This document shows positions 10,209 through 20,814 of a stretch of DNA of 64,000 nt, piece by piece. Position numbers and translations under genes: made by a program. How positions within the stretch are numbered: position 1 is the stretch's first letter; each line of letters opens with the position of its first letter. A model generated the notes under the pieces. That model searched no databases. It was not told the origin of the DNA and saw nothing but the letters and a program-made list of their open reading frames with translations. Source of the DNA: an uncultured delta proteobacterium (GTDB lineage Bacteria > Desulfobacterota > Syntrophia > Syntrophales > UBA2185); NCBI GenBank assembly GCA_963695875.1, contig CAVOID010000011.1:32001-96000 (forward strand). The letters are read 5' to 3'.

Positions 10209-10908
10209 TCAAGGACTGAAAGTCATGAATCTGCAAATAATTGTTACTTTTCTGCATGGTTCCCCTCTCGCCGTTCGGCCGCGCTGGCGAAGGTATTCAA
10301 CTAAGATCGGAAGTACTGATATTATGATGATCGCAAAAATGACGAGGGTGAAGTTTCTCTTTACGACCGGCAGGTTGCCGAAATAGTAGCCTCCCATTAT
10401 AAAAATTGTGATCCATGCGACACTGCCGAGGACATTGTAACAGGTAAAGCGCGGAGTACGTCATTTTCCCAATCCCCGCCACAAAGGGCGCAAAGGTTCG
10501 GATGATCGGGATGAATCTCGCTATGACTATCGTTTTACCTCCGTGCTTTTCATAAAAGTTGTGGGTTCGATCAAGATACTGCCTGTTGAGAAAACGGACA
10601 TTTTCCTCGTGAAATACTTTCGGACCGACAAACTTTCCTATCGCATAGTTCACAGTATTGCCGGCGACAGCGGCTATGGAGAGGAGAACCAGCAGCCATT
10701 CGATCTGGAGCACACCGAGGGCGGCAAAGGCGCCAAGTCCGAAGAGGAGGGAATCCCCGGGCAGAAAAGGAGTAACGACAAGGCCGGTTTCACAAAATAT
10801 TACAAGAAAAAAAATAAAATAGGTCCAGCCGCCAAAGCTCTGAATGATCGCAGCAAGATGCCGGTCGAGGTGAACAAAGAAATCAACGAAATAGAGAATC
10901 AGGTCCAT
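10209..10908 (-). CDS. dedA: DedA-family membrane protein; frameshift near 10450
   Basis: [19 protein letters not shown] and [17 protein letters not shown]-terminus lies in ORF 10209..10397. Confidence 0.9.
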
Positions 10909-10954
10909 ATTACTTTTGGGAAATCGCGTCCGCCGTTCATAGTGTATTAATTGA

Positions 10955-10983
10955 TTAGTATAAGAGAGGTGCCATTTTGTCAA
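10955..10983 (-). promoter_or_regulatory. Candidate sigma70 promoter of dedA
   Basis: TTGACA-17-TACTAA on the minus strand. Confidence 0.4.
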
Positions 10984-11141
10984 TAACAAAGAAGAATAGA
11001 ATTTCAATTGATGCCATGTATCTCTTTTATGGGCATTTTTAGATTGCTATTTTGTATGCTGTTCATGTAATAAACGTTTGAGAAACCTCTATGGATGCTG
11101 AAAATATTTTTAATGATTAACGATACAGTAACTCCACTAAA

Positions 11142-11492
11142 ATGCATGAACTGTCTGTAACAGAAAGTATCCTTAATATTGTCCTGAAACACGCCCAGAC
11201 AAACAAGGCGGAAAAAGTTCTCACCATAGGTCTTAGGATAGGAGAACTCAGTGAACTTGTCGGTGAATGTATTCAGCACTACTTTGATTATCTCAGCAAG
11301 GGCACCATCGCAGAGGGGGCAACGCTTGATATTGAGAGATCGCCGATTATATTTGAATGCACTGAATGTAAGAACACCTTTCAGGTTTCACTTAGTGAGA
11401 CAAAAGATTTTACATGTCCTGAGTGCCATGGGGTGAAGGTTAGACTGACATCCGGCAGGGAGTTTTATATCAAGGATATAACAATCTCATAG
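11142..11492 (+). CDS. hypA: Hydrogenase nickel metallochaperone HypA
   Basis: MHELS start, CTEC and CPEC, SGREFYI. Confidence 0.95.
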   Translation: MHELSVTESILNIVLKHAQTNKAEKVLTIGLRIGELSELVGECIQHYFDYLSKGTIAEGATLDIERSPIIFECTECKNTFQVSLSETKDFTCPECHGVKVRLTSGREFYIKDITIS

Positions 11493-11594
11493 AATAGAGT
11501 AAATTTGATTCACAACAATGGCGGCTTCGTAAAAGGATGCAGCGCAACACAGCATATGTGCTTTTTACAAAGTCGGCAAAATAGAGGTGATATA

Positions 11595-12273
11595 ATGGCA
11601 GACATTCGTTTGATAGAAATCAAGGAGGATATCCTGTCCGATAACAAGGATCTTGCTGATGAGATCAGAGTGAACCTCCGCAGGCATAAGGTTTTCATGC
11701 TGAACCTTATGGCCTCGCCGGGCGGGGGGAAGACAAGCCTTATCGTCAATACGATCCGAAGCATGAAAGACAAATTCAGGATCGGTGTAATCGAAGGTGA
11801 TATAGACTCCGTGGTCGACGCCGAGACGGTCGTCAAGGAGGGCATCCCGGCGGTTCAGCTAAAGACGGGAGGATTTTGTCATCTGGATGCATCTATGATC
11901 AAGATGGCCCTGGATGAGATGGATCTGAAGAATCTCGATCTTGTCATGATCGAAAATATCGGGAACCTTGTCTGCCCCGCGGAATTTGACACGGGCGCCA
12001 ATAAGCAGGCCATGATCCTGAGTGTCCCGGAAGGTGATGACAAGCCCCTCAAGTACCCCCTGATGTTCAGCGTATGCGATATTCTGGTAGTCAATAAAAT
12101 AGATTATATGGGTATTGCTGATTTTGATATGAATGCTTTGAAAGAACGAGTCACTCAAGCTTAATCCCAAAATCAAGATAATCGAGGTATCATGCAAAAC
12201 GGGAGAGGGCATAGAGAAGTGGACCCGCTGGCTCGCGGATGAAATCAACACCTATATGCGTTCTATCAAATAA
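11595..12273 (+). CDS. hypB: Hydrogenase nickel incorporation GTPase HypB; frameshift near 12155
   Basis: SPGGGKTSL, GFCHLDA, ENIGNLVCPA, PEGDDKPLKYP, NKID. The shifted frame continues LNPKIKIIEVSCKTGEG to TAA at 12273. Confidence 0.93.
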
Positions 12274-12291
12274 TGAAGAAAGGGATCACCG

Positions 12292-13374
12292 ATGGACGTT
12301 TACGAAAGGCTGCGCGAAATTCTTGATGCCCATCCTTCCGGCGCGCCAAAGTCAAAGGCCTTTGACGAAATCCTTCGTTTTCTCTTTACACCCGAGGAGG
12401 CGGAGATTGCCGTACACATGAGCTTTGCACCCAAACCGGTTGATGACATTGCGTCCGCCGCCGGTATTCCCGCAGATGAAGCAGAGTACACTACTGGAGT
12501 CCATGGCGATAAGGCAGTTATTTTTTCCCGCGAGAAAGACGGCAAACTGTTTTATGGTCTGCTCCCGACCATTCCCGGTTTGTTTGAGTATCCCCTGATG
12601 CGGGGCAAGGGCACACCTCTTCATGAAAGATTAGGGAAGCTCTGGACGAAATACCGCAAAGATGGTCTTAGTGAATCCTTCGCGGGTCAACCCACTCCGG
12701 TGGCGCGCGTTGTGCCCGTCGGGCGCGCTGTAGATGCCACTGTCCACATCCATCCATACGAAGAGGTATCGAAGTTAATCGAGAAGGCGGAATATATCGC
12801 GCTCGGCCGCTGTGCCTGTCGTGCCAGCGTCGGCGCATGTCATGCTCCCATGGAGGTATGTTTCTTTTTTGATGGACCGGCGCGCTTTCTGGTGGAGCGC
12901 CGCTACGCCCGTGAGATAGAGCCGGGAGGAAGCACTTCGTGTCCTGGATAGCGCGGAAGAGGCGGGGCTGGTACATACCAGCAGCAACAGCGCGGATAAA
13001 CCGAGCTTCATCTGTAATTGCTGTCCCTGTTGCTGCATAATCCTGACATGCCGCACCAGGCTCAATTTAGCGCATGGCTTTGCTGATGAGCGGCTTCCAG
13101 CCTCAGGTTGACAGCGATCTCCTGCACCGGATGCGGTATCTGCGCGGATGAGCGGTGTCCTATGCGTGCTGTTGAATTAAAGAATAACTTGGCAGTAGTC
13201 GATATAGAAAGGTGTATAGGCTGCGGACTCTGTGTTTCTGCATGTCCGGCGAAAGCCATGATCTTAGTGAGGCGCAGCGAGCAACCGGACATACCTGCTA
13301 CATCTCAGAAAATGGGAATGAAGGTGTTAAAGGAAAAAGGGAAACTGGAACGTTTTTTAGAAATTATAAAATGA
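12292..13374 (+). CDS. 4Fe-4S dicluster / ferredoxin-domain protein; several indels
   Basis: CACR, GLVH...FICNCCPCCC (shifted frame), CTGCGIC...CP and CIGCGLCVSACP. Confidence 0.8.
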
Positions 13375-13691
13375 CAATATCAGTGTTTCCGAAAAAAAAT
13401 TGAAAAAATAAAAAAAATTGCTTGATTAATTTAATGAAATTAGCTATAAAAAATTCGCATATAAAATAAAAGTGAGGGGAAATAAAAAAGGCATCCTGAC
13501 AGGTCATACTACTAAATTCCGTACCCAGAATATTATGTTTCTGCGGAGCTGTTAGGAGATACCATAGTTGCACTGTCAACTTCCTGGAGCGATGACCATA
13601 TCCCGATTTGAGCGGGGTTCGGTCCGGCTTCTAAAAATATGTAGGTTATTATCAACTGCTCCAGGAGCAGTACGTGAGGGGGTAGTGCAAC

Positions 13692-14715
13692 ATGTCTTTA
13701 ACCAGAAGACGCACCGATCTGCCGGTCCTGTTACTTCATAATATCGATCAAACATGGGATCCGGCCGATATATATCTCGCACTCCAGGAAGCTGCAAAGC
13801 TTGAGTCAGCCCTTCAATCAGAGGGACATCCAGTCAACAATATCCCCGTTTGCAATACTGATCTTGGCGCGTGTCTTAGTTGTTACGATCCTGACCAATA
13901 TATAGTCTTCAACTGGTGTGAAGATATTCCCGGTATACCGCACAGCGAAGCACTTGCCGCCAGGATACTGGAGCAGTATAATTTTACTTATACAGGTTCA
14001 ACACCCACTGCGTTACATTCATGCTGGGATAAACAGGAAGTAAAACACCTGCTGGAAAAAGCTGATGTGCCGACACCGCATTGGCGTATTTATGATTCTC
14101 CCGACATCGATAATTGGCGTTGCTTTCCGGCCATTGTGAAACCATCACGCGAACACTGTAGTTATGGGGTGACTACCGATGCCGTAGTTATGTCGCCAGA
14201 TGAACTGAAGGATCGGATTCTTTACATACTTGATGTCTTCCGTCAACCCGTTCTTGTTGAGGATTTTATTGATGGGCGGGAATTTCATGTTTCTCTCTGG
14301 GGTAACGGTTTCATTGAGATGCTGCCGCCGGCCGAAATGGATTTTGTTGCCTTTGACAATGTACGTGACCGTCTTTGCACATACGATTCAAAATTCAAGC
14401 CAGGCTCATCCCATTATATGAAGATCGGCCTGCAATTGCCAGCGCCTCTGAATGAAGATGAGCATGAACGGTTGAGGCAGACCAGTATTCTGGCATACAG
14501 AACTATTGGTTGTCGTGACTACGCCCGGCTCGACATCAGGCTCCGGGATGGTATTTTTTACATCCTGGATGTTAACCCCAATTCTGACATCAGTGCCGAA
14601 GCCAGTACGGCGTGCGCTGCCGAATTTGCAGGCTACTCACATGGAGCAGATGATCAGCCATATCGTCAACCTTGCCGCCCAGCGTCATCCCGTCTTTAGA
14701 AAATACTATATATAA
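13692..14715 (+). CDS. ATP-grasp D-Ala-D-Ala-ligase-like protein; frameshift near 14650
   Basis: VFNWCE, YTGS, WDKQEVK, IVKPSREHCSYG, EDFIDGREF, YARLDIRL, LDVNPN. Confidence 0.8.
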
Positions 14716-14734
14716 AAAGAAAGCCGTATAGGAA

Positions 14735-15364
14735 TCAGGTTATCATCTTCACATACTGAGGCGCCTGCTCAAGCATATGAAATCCGCCATACGACTTGCC
14801 GGAGGGATAATATTCAGCGCCAAATTGAATCTTGCCTGCCGTTTTTTCGCCTGCGATACTTTCGATAAACGCTAATGCCAGGTCGATGCCGGCGGAAACA
14901 CCCGCGGATGTCCAGATATTTCCGTCACGGACAATACGATCCTCAATCACTACAACGTCACCTAATTCACGTAACCGTGGGAGCGAAGCCCAATGGGTGG
15001 TGGCGCGTCGGCCCGAGAGCAGTCCCGCACGATGAAGAATGAAGGCGCCCGTGCAGACGGATAGCACTGCCTGACAATTTTTCGCCTGCGCACCGACGAA
15101 ATTAACCAGGATATTATTATCCACCTCCTTGCGGGTACCTTCACCGCCCGGTACCAGGAGGTAATCCAGTGTGGGACACTCCGAAAAGGTTATGTGGGGA
15201 TTAATCGACATGCCCTTGGCGCAGATCACGGGCTCCGGTTTCTCTGCGACCATAAAGCATCTCTCAGGCCCCTGGGCAAGTCTGCTCCAGAGAGAGACCA
15301 TTTCCCATGGCCCGACCAGGTCAAGCTCTTCCAGTCCCGGAAAAATCAGAAATGCAAAATTCAT
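14735..15364 (-). CDS. DJ-1/PfpI-family protein (isonitrile-hydratase-like)
   Basis: EELDLVGP, LVPGG, SVCTGA, ATTHW, TSAGVSAGID. Confidence 0.9.
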   Translation of the reverse strand: MNFAFLIFPGLEELDLVGPWEMVSLWSRLAQGPERCFMVAEKPEPVICAKGMSINPHITFSECPTLDYLLVPGGEGTRKEVDNNILVNFVGAQAKNCQAVLSVCTGAFILHRAGLLSGRRATTHWASLPRLRELGDVVVIEDRIVRDGNIWTSAGVSAGIDLALAFIESIAGEKTAGKIQFGAEYYPSGKSYGGFHMLEQAPQYVKMIT

Positions 15365-15444
15365 ATCGCACCTCCAGCCGTCCCATAAGCATCTCGCTGG
15401 TTCAAGAAAGAGATTTGAACCATCAAAAGAGAACCTTGATATTT

Positions 15445-15484
15445 CCCCCTCCCCTTAATCCTCTGTACAGACCGGAGAGGGAAA
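15445..15484. repeat. Degenerate CCCCTCCCC...GAGGG REP-like palindrome
   Basis: CCCCCTCCCCTTAATCCTCT...GGAGAGGGAAAA resembles a widespread intergenic palindrome type. Confidence 0.3.
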
Positions 15485-15552
15485 ACCATGCATGTCATAT
15501 TGGTTCAAGACAAAGACTTGGACCAATGATGTTATTTAATAATAAGATAGCT

Positions 15553-15600
15553 GTCACCCTGAGTTTATCGAAGGGCCATGCTTTGACAGCTCAGTATGAC
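15553..15600. repeat. REP-like palindrome of the GTCACCCTGAG...TCGAAGGG / CTCAG.ATGAC type
   Basis: GTCACCCTGAGTTTATCGAAGGG CCATG CTTTGACAGCTCAGTATGAC forms an imperfect hairpin. Confidence 0.6.
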
Positions 15601-15612
15601 GATACATTTTCA

Positions 15613-15721
15613 TGACCGGGAGCACAACCCGCAAGCCCCGCCTTGTAGGCGGGGATAAGGGGTGCAATGCAAGCATAGTTTCCTTTCCGGGAAGCCCCGG
15701 CCTGTGGGCGGGGAGCTTCAC
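15613..15721. mobile_element. Miniature non-autonomous IS200/IS605-like element (two terminal hairpins, no ORF)
   Basis: AAGCCCCGCCT-TGT-AGGCGGGG (15633-15654) and AAGCCCCGGCC-TGT-GGGCGGGGAGCTTCAC (15692-15721). Confidence 0.65.
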
Positions 15722-15750
15722 TTTATGGTGCTCCCACCGGTGCATGGGGA

Positions 15751-18036
15751 TTACCGCATTACCTGCGCACCCGCGCAGACGGCCTGGCCGAGGGAGATGC
15801 AGCCGTCATTGGTCGGCAATACATCATGAAAAAATACATCGAAGCCGGCTTTCTCAAGTTCCGCAATCGTTCCCTCCGTGAGGATGCGGTTTTGAAAGCA
15901 CCCTCCGCTGAGGACAACCCGGTCGATTCCCGTGCGCCTCCGTATCGCTTCCGCCATACCGCGAAAGACAACCGACAGGGTCATATGGAAGGCGTAAGCA
16001 ATTTCCGCTCTGCTCCTCCCTGCCATTATCTCATCCACAATTTTCCGGATCATAGGCGAAAAGTCCAGACAGAAAACATTTCCCGTCTCGCGTATATCAA
16101 ACGGTAACAAGACATCCGTCTTTCCCTTCGCCATTGCTTCGAGTTCCATCGCGGCCTGTCCTTCAAAGGTTACCGTCTTGACGGACTCCCAGAAGGGCGG
16201 CAACACCGTCAAAGAGCCTCCCCAGGCTCGATGTCAACGGGGAATTAAACTTTTGCGCCATGATTCTGTTCATCGTTTCATAATAACTGTTCTCCGGAAC
16301 GATCTGTAATTCCTCCGCTGCTTCCTGCCAGTTATCGCCGTATGCTTCTCTCAGGAGACTCACCGCAATGCGCCACGGCTCCCGGATGGCCTTCTCCCCG
16401 CCGGGAAGGAGATAATTCATGATATGGCCGATGCGCGTGAAGGCCGCTTCTTCGGCAACGAGGAATTCCCCGCCCCACACGGTGCCGTCCAGACCGTATC
16501 CGGTTCCGTCCATGGCCACGCCGATGACCTCTCCCTCGATGCCGTGTTCCGCCATGGCGCTCACGATATGCGCATGGTGATGCTGGACCTTGATAATGCG
16601 GGAAGCGGGAAGCTCTTCGGCGAGCTTAGTGGTGTAATAGGCCGGATGGAGATCACACGCAATGATGTCGGGCTTGCACTCTGCAATTTTCTGCATGAGG
16701 GTGAGGCTCTCCTGATGAAAGTCCCGCGCCTCCGGCGTTTCCATATCGCCGATGTGGGGGCTTACAGAATGCAAGTGTCCCTTTCAAAATGCAGAGGGTC
16801 GTTTTCATCTGCGGTCCCAGGGCAAGAATTTCGGGATAAGATTTTTTCAGGGTGATAGGCTTCGGGGCAAATCCCCTCGACCGTCGGAGCATTCTTTTCT
16901 TTCCCGCCGATACCGTGAGCGATGGAATCATCACACCGCACGAGGATATCCCTGTTATGGACGAGGAAGTAATCCGCTATGCCTTTTAAGCGCTTTATGG
17001 CTTCCCTGTTTGCAATGCAGATGGGTTCATCCACCTGGTTGGCACTTGTCATGATCGAGGGCCTGAAAATGCTTCTCCAGAAGCATATGATGCAAGCGGG
17101 GTGTACGGGAGCATGATCCCCAGATCGGATACGCCGGGGGCAACAGCAGGGGAGATCGTATCTGTTTCCCTTCTTCCCGGCAAGGACTATCGGCCGCTGG
17201 GGAGACAGACAGTAGCGCCTCTTCCTCCTTTCCTATCCGGGAAATGCGTGCAGCCGACATCGATGTCCTTTACCATGATGGCCAGAGGTTTTTCTTCCCT
17301 GAATTTCCGTCGATCTCAATCTCTTTATGGCTTCATCATTGGCAGCATCAACGGCAAGGTGAAAACCCCCCAGGCCTTTTATGGCGACCACGTATCCTTC
17401 GAGAAGCAAGTTCCACGGTCTTCCGGAGGGGGTCTTTTTCCGGCAGCGTATTACCGGCTTCATCAAGCAGTGTAAGTGACGGCCCGCAGTCAGGACAGGC
17501 ATTAGGTTCCGCGTGGAAACGGCGGTCCGCCGGATTTTCATATTCCTCCCGGCACGAGGGACACATGGGAAAACAGAACATGGACGTGTTTATCCGGTCG
17601 TAGGGGACATCTTTGATAATCGTCAGCCGCGGGCCGCAGTTTGTGCAGTTGATAAAGGGATAACGGAATCTTCGATCTTTGACGTCAAAAAGTTCTTCAT
17701 AGCATTCACCGCACGTAGCGATATCCGGTGTAATATACACTTTTCCGAGTCCGCCGGTTTCACTTTCAATTATCCGGAATACCTTATCGTGCTTGATTTC
17801 TATCTCTTCGCGGGAAAGATGAGAAACATCGGCAAGTGGGGGGAGTTCTTTATTTACTCCGGATATGAAGGAAAGAATTGATTCTTCCGGAGCCTTCCAC
17901 CTCCGCAATGACCCCATCAGAGCGGTTCTGAACGAAACCCGATCAGCGAATGTCTTGCTGCTATTCGATAGATGAAGGGACGAAATCCCACGCCCTGGAC
18001 AATGCCGGAGAAATGGTAGCGTACCCTCTTAATCAC
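15751..18036 (-). CDS. hypF: Carbamoyltransferase HypF; multiple indels
   Basis: GIVQGVGFRPF, YPFINCTNCGPR, RRFHAEPNACPDCGP, KGLGGFHL, QHHHAH, DGTGYG, SSLGRLFD, LSGGCFQN, PTNDGCISLGQ, spread over successive frames. Confidence 0.92.
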
Positions 18037-18111
18037 GTCACTTTTTATGCTCCCATACTCCGTCATTTAAAACTTCACTTGGTTTTCCCATCCATAAAGG
18101 AATAGGAGGTT

Positions 18112-19209
18112 TTATGAATCAAGATGGTACTTGTAATAAGCCGCACAGGTGCCCTCGTAAGAGACCATGCAGGGACCTATGGGATTGGTGGGGGTGCAGG
18201 TCTTTCTGAATAAGGAACACTGCTGGGGCAGCATGATTCCTTTAAGGACGTCCCCGCAGCCGCAACCCTTGATCTCTACTGAGTGGATCGGGGGAATTTC
18301 AAATCTTTCAAGTGCATCGTACATCTTATATTCATCGCGGAGCGAAAGACCACTTCCAGGTATTTTGCCAAGTCCTCGCCATTCGGCATCTCCCGTCCGG
18401 AAGACCTTGTACATCATCTCCCGCGCACGGGGGTTCCCTTCCTTCTTGACTCCCCTTGTGTACTGTATGGCAATCTCTTTTTTACCTTCCGCAATCTGGC
18501 CGAGGATCATCAGAATTCCTTCCAGGATATCGACAGGCTCAAAACCCGTAATTACGGCAGCCCTTCCTGCTTCCGTAATTATCCTATATGGATCGGTGCC
18601 GATGATGGTGCTTACATGCCCCGGACAGATGAAGCCATCAATGTTAAGGGAAGGGTCATCGATAAGGGCCTTTAGGGCAGGGGGCACGATTTTGTGCACA
18701 CAGAAAATGGAAAAGTTTTTGATCCCCTTTTTCCGGCTCAGATCCACGGCAGCAGCTATCGTAGGAGCGGTTGTTTCAAAACCGATTCCCATCATGATCA
18801 CTTCCTTGCCTTTGTTCTTCTCCGCGATATCGATACAGTCTGCGGCTGATGCCACAACCCGGATGTCTGCGCCCTCCGCCCGTGATTTTTGCAGGCTTGT
18901 GCGATTCGTACCCGGCACCCTGAGCATATCGCCGAAAGTGGCAAAGATCACATTCTTCAGCTCGGCCAGATAGAGGGCCTTGTCCACATCGTTAATCGAT
19001 GTGACACAAACCGGGCAGCCTGGTCCCGAAACGAGCCTGATATTTGCAGGCAACAGCTTCTTGATTCCGAAGCGGCCGATCACATGCGTATGGGTTCCGC
19101 AGATTTCCATTAAAGTGACATCTTTGTTTATTTTGCGTGCACGCTTTTCTATGGCGGCTATAAGGTCCTTGACAAGAGACCGATCTCTGTATTCATCTAT
19201 ATATTTCAT
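18112..19209 (-). CDS. hypD: Hydrogenase formation protein HypD
   Basis: MEICGTHTH, GPGCPVC, GFETT, PGHVS, GPCMVSYEGTCAAYY. Confidence 0.97.
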   Translation of the reverse strand: MKYIDEYRDRSLVKDLIAAIEKRARKINKDVTLMEICGTHTHVIGRFGIKKLLPANIRLVSGPGCPVCVTSINDVDKALYLAELKNVIFATFGDMLRVPGTNRTSLQKSRAEGADIRVVASAADCIDIAEKNKGKEVIMMGIGFETTAPTIAAAVDLSRKKGIKNFSIFCVHKIVPPALKALIDDPSLNIDGFICPGHVSTIIGTDPYRIITEAGRAAVITGFEPVDILEGILMILGQIAEGKKEIAIQYTRGVKKEGNPRAREMMYKVFRTGDAEWRGLGKIPGSGLSLRDEYKMYDALERFEIPPIHSVEIKGCGCGDVLKGIMLPQQCSLFRKTCTPTNPIGPCMVSYEGTCAAYYKYHLDS

Positions 19210-19477
19210 TTCATACTCTTTTTCAAAATTAGTTCTTTAGAGCTACTCCGTGTTTTTAATATAATCCTTGCTGAACGTGGAAGCAAGAGGAGGCTTCACC
19301 ATGGAAGCATTACTAACATATTTTTTCGATTATTACAAATGACGGTATAAATGAACAGTCCGGGGTTTTCAGGATAGACGCAGGCTGCCGGAGCAAAATC
19401 GCGATAAAGCAGTATATTAAAAAGAACCATGGACTGTGAAGATTTAAAGTGGTATGCCTCTTTACGTCCTCAACTGT

Positions 19478-20659
19478 TTATTTTTTATTACGCCTTAAAT
19501 CGAGGTATCCCAGGGTCGTCTTCCAGAAAGACAGATCATACTTAGTTCTTTCGTACAGCCGTGCATTTATGATCGCAATCCCTGCCATCTCCGCTATTGC
19601 AGAAAGAAAGGCCACCTCTTCCCGGCTATACCGTCTCAGTTCCTTGGAATACAAGCGCAATATCCCTATCACACGCTTCCTCGCAATAATCGGGAGTGAC
19701 AGTATGGAAACAATTCCTTCCTGGGCTTTTTCAGGGAGGTACTCGATCCGCGGATCGGTTCTGGCATCCGCGATCAAAACAGGGGTACCTGCCAGGGTCT
19801 CGCGGATGCTCTTGTCTATATGAAGCGGCCCCTTTTTCAGATAACCCTCGCTCAATCCCTTGGATGCGACCATTTCCAGTTCCCTGGTTGTCTCGTTTAT
19901 AAGGCGAAGTGAGCATGCCTTTACTTTCATTATCGCAAGTACTATTTCGATCACCAGGTCTATCACCTGCCGGGAATCCAGTGTAGATAAGATGGCCTTT
20001 GCGATCGTATGGAGTCCTCTGAAATATTCCAGGCTCCTTGATGGATCAATCGGTTCCAGGGCGAATGACTTTAATTTCTGAGTAGGCCTCTTGGGTTCCT
20101 CCGGAAGTTCAACACCCACCTCCTTGAGGAGGGAAGACAGTTTGATTCCTTCATCTTCGTAGATCTTTGCATTGGCAATAGCCAGACCGCCGATTTCGGC
20201 AAGAGCTGAGACGAACTCTATTTCCTCGTCGCTGAAGTCGCGGGGCTCTCCTGAGTAAAGCCTGAGTACCCCGATGACTTTATCACCGGCAACCACCGGA
20301 ACTGATAGAATGGTATTGATGCCCTCTTCGAGCTTCTCGGCTTTATACTGAATTCTTGGATCCTTGAAAGCGTCCTTGATAACGGTGACCTTTCCCTCCA
20401 ATACTTCCGGGATGCTTCGATCAGAACTCAAGGAGCCTTTGTCCAGATACTTTTTGCTCAGCAGATACGACGCTGCCAACTCCAGGCGGCGAGACTGTTC
20501 GTTCACGAGCCTCAGGCTTCCCGCCTTGGCGTTCAGGGCCCTGACAGTTCTCTTAATCAGGAGTTTGAGAATATCCTCCAAAGACTGCGATGAGAAAATC
20601 GCCTGACTCACATCGAAGAAGGTTCGAAAGTATTCAATTGTTTTATGCTTTACAATCAT
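19478..20659 (-). CDS. Tandem GAF-GAF protein without an output domain
   Basis: Two internally similar units (EYFR...SLRL(V/I)NE...DPRI.Y...EGI..ILS.P...IG.LRLYS...EE..F.SA.AE..G.AI.NA). Confidence 0.85.
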   Translation of the reverse strand: MIVKHKTIEYFRTFFDVSQAIFSSQSLEDILKLLIKRTVRALNAKAGSLRLVNEQSRRLELAASYLLSKKYLDKGSLSSDRSIPEVLEGKVTVIKDAFKDPRIQYKAEKLEEGINTILSVPVVAGDKVIGVLRLYSGEPRDFSDEEIEFVSALAEIGGLAIANAKIYEDEGIKLSSLLKEVGVELPEEPKRPTQKLKSFALEPIDPSRSLEYFRGLHTIAKAILSTLDSRQVIDLVIEIVLAIMKVKACSLRLINETTRELEMVASKGLSEGYLKKGPLHIDKSIRETLAGTPVLIADARTDPRIEYLPEKAQEGIVSILSLPIIARKRVIGILRLYSKELRRYSREEVAFLSAIAEMAGIAIINARLYERTKYDLSFWKTTLGYLDLRRNKK

Positions 20660-20733
20660 CGTACTTTTCTGGAGAGGACGTCGTACCGAAAATTCTAAAA
20701 AATATTGTCAACTTATATATAAGCGTATTAGTC

Positions 20734-20761
20734 AGTATAGGGAAAAAGGATTATGTGTCAA
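20734..20761 (-). promoter_or_regulatory. Candidate sigma70 promoter of the GAF gene
   Basis: TTGACA-16-TATACT on the minus strand. Confidence 0.55.
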
Positions 20762-20814
20762 GGTAAAGAACATCTCCCCTTTTCTATGATTATCATTCGG
20801 CGACATTTTTCAAG

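Noticed and set aside
11516..11553. GGCTTCGTAAAAGGATGCAGCGCAAC, reminiscent of deltaproteobacterial intergenic repeat ends; also the 11505 start offered for hypB
   Set aside because: Too short to support alone. hypB starts better at ATG 11595 after GAGGTG.
18167..18973. 268-aa plus-strand ORF
   Set aside because: Antisense shadow of hypD.
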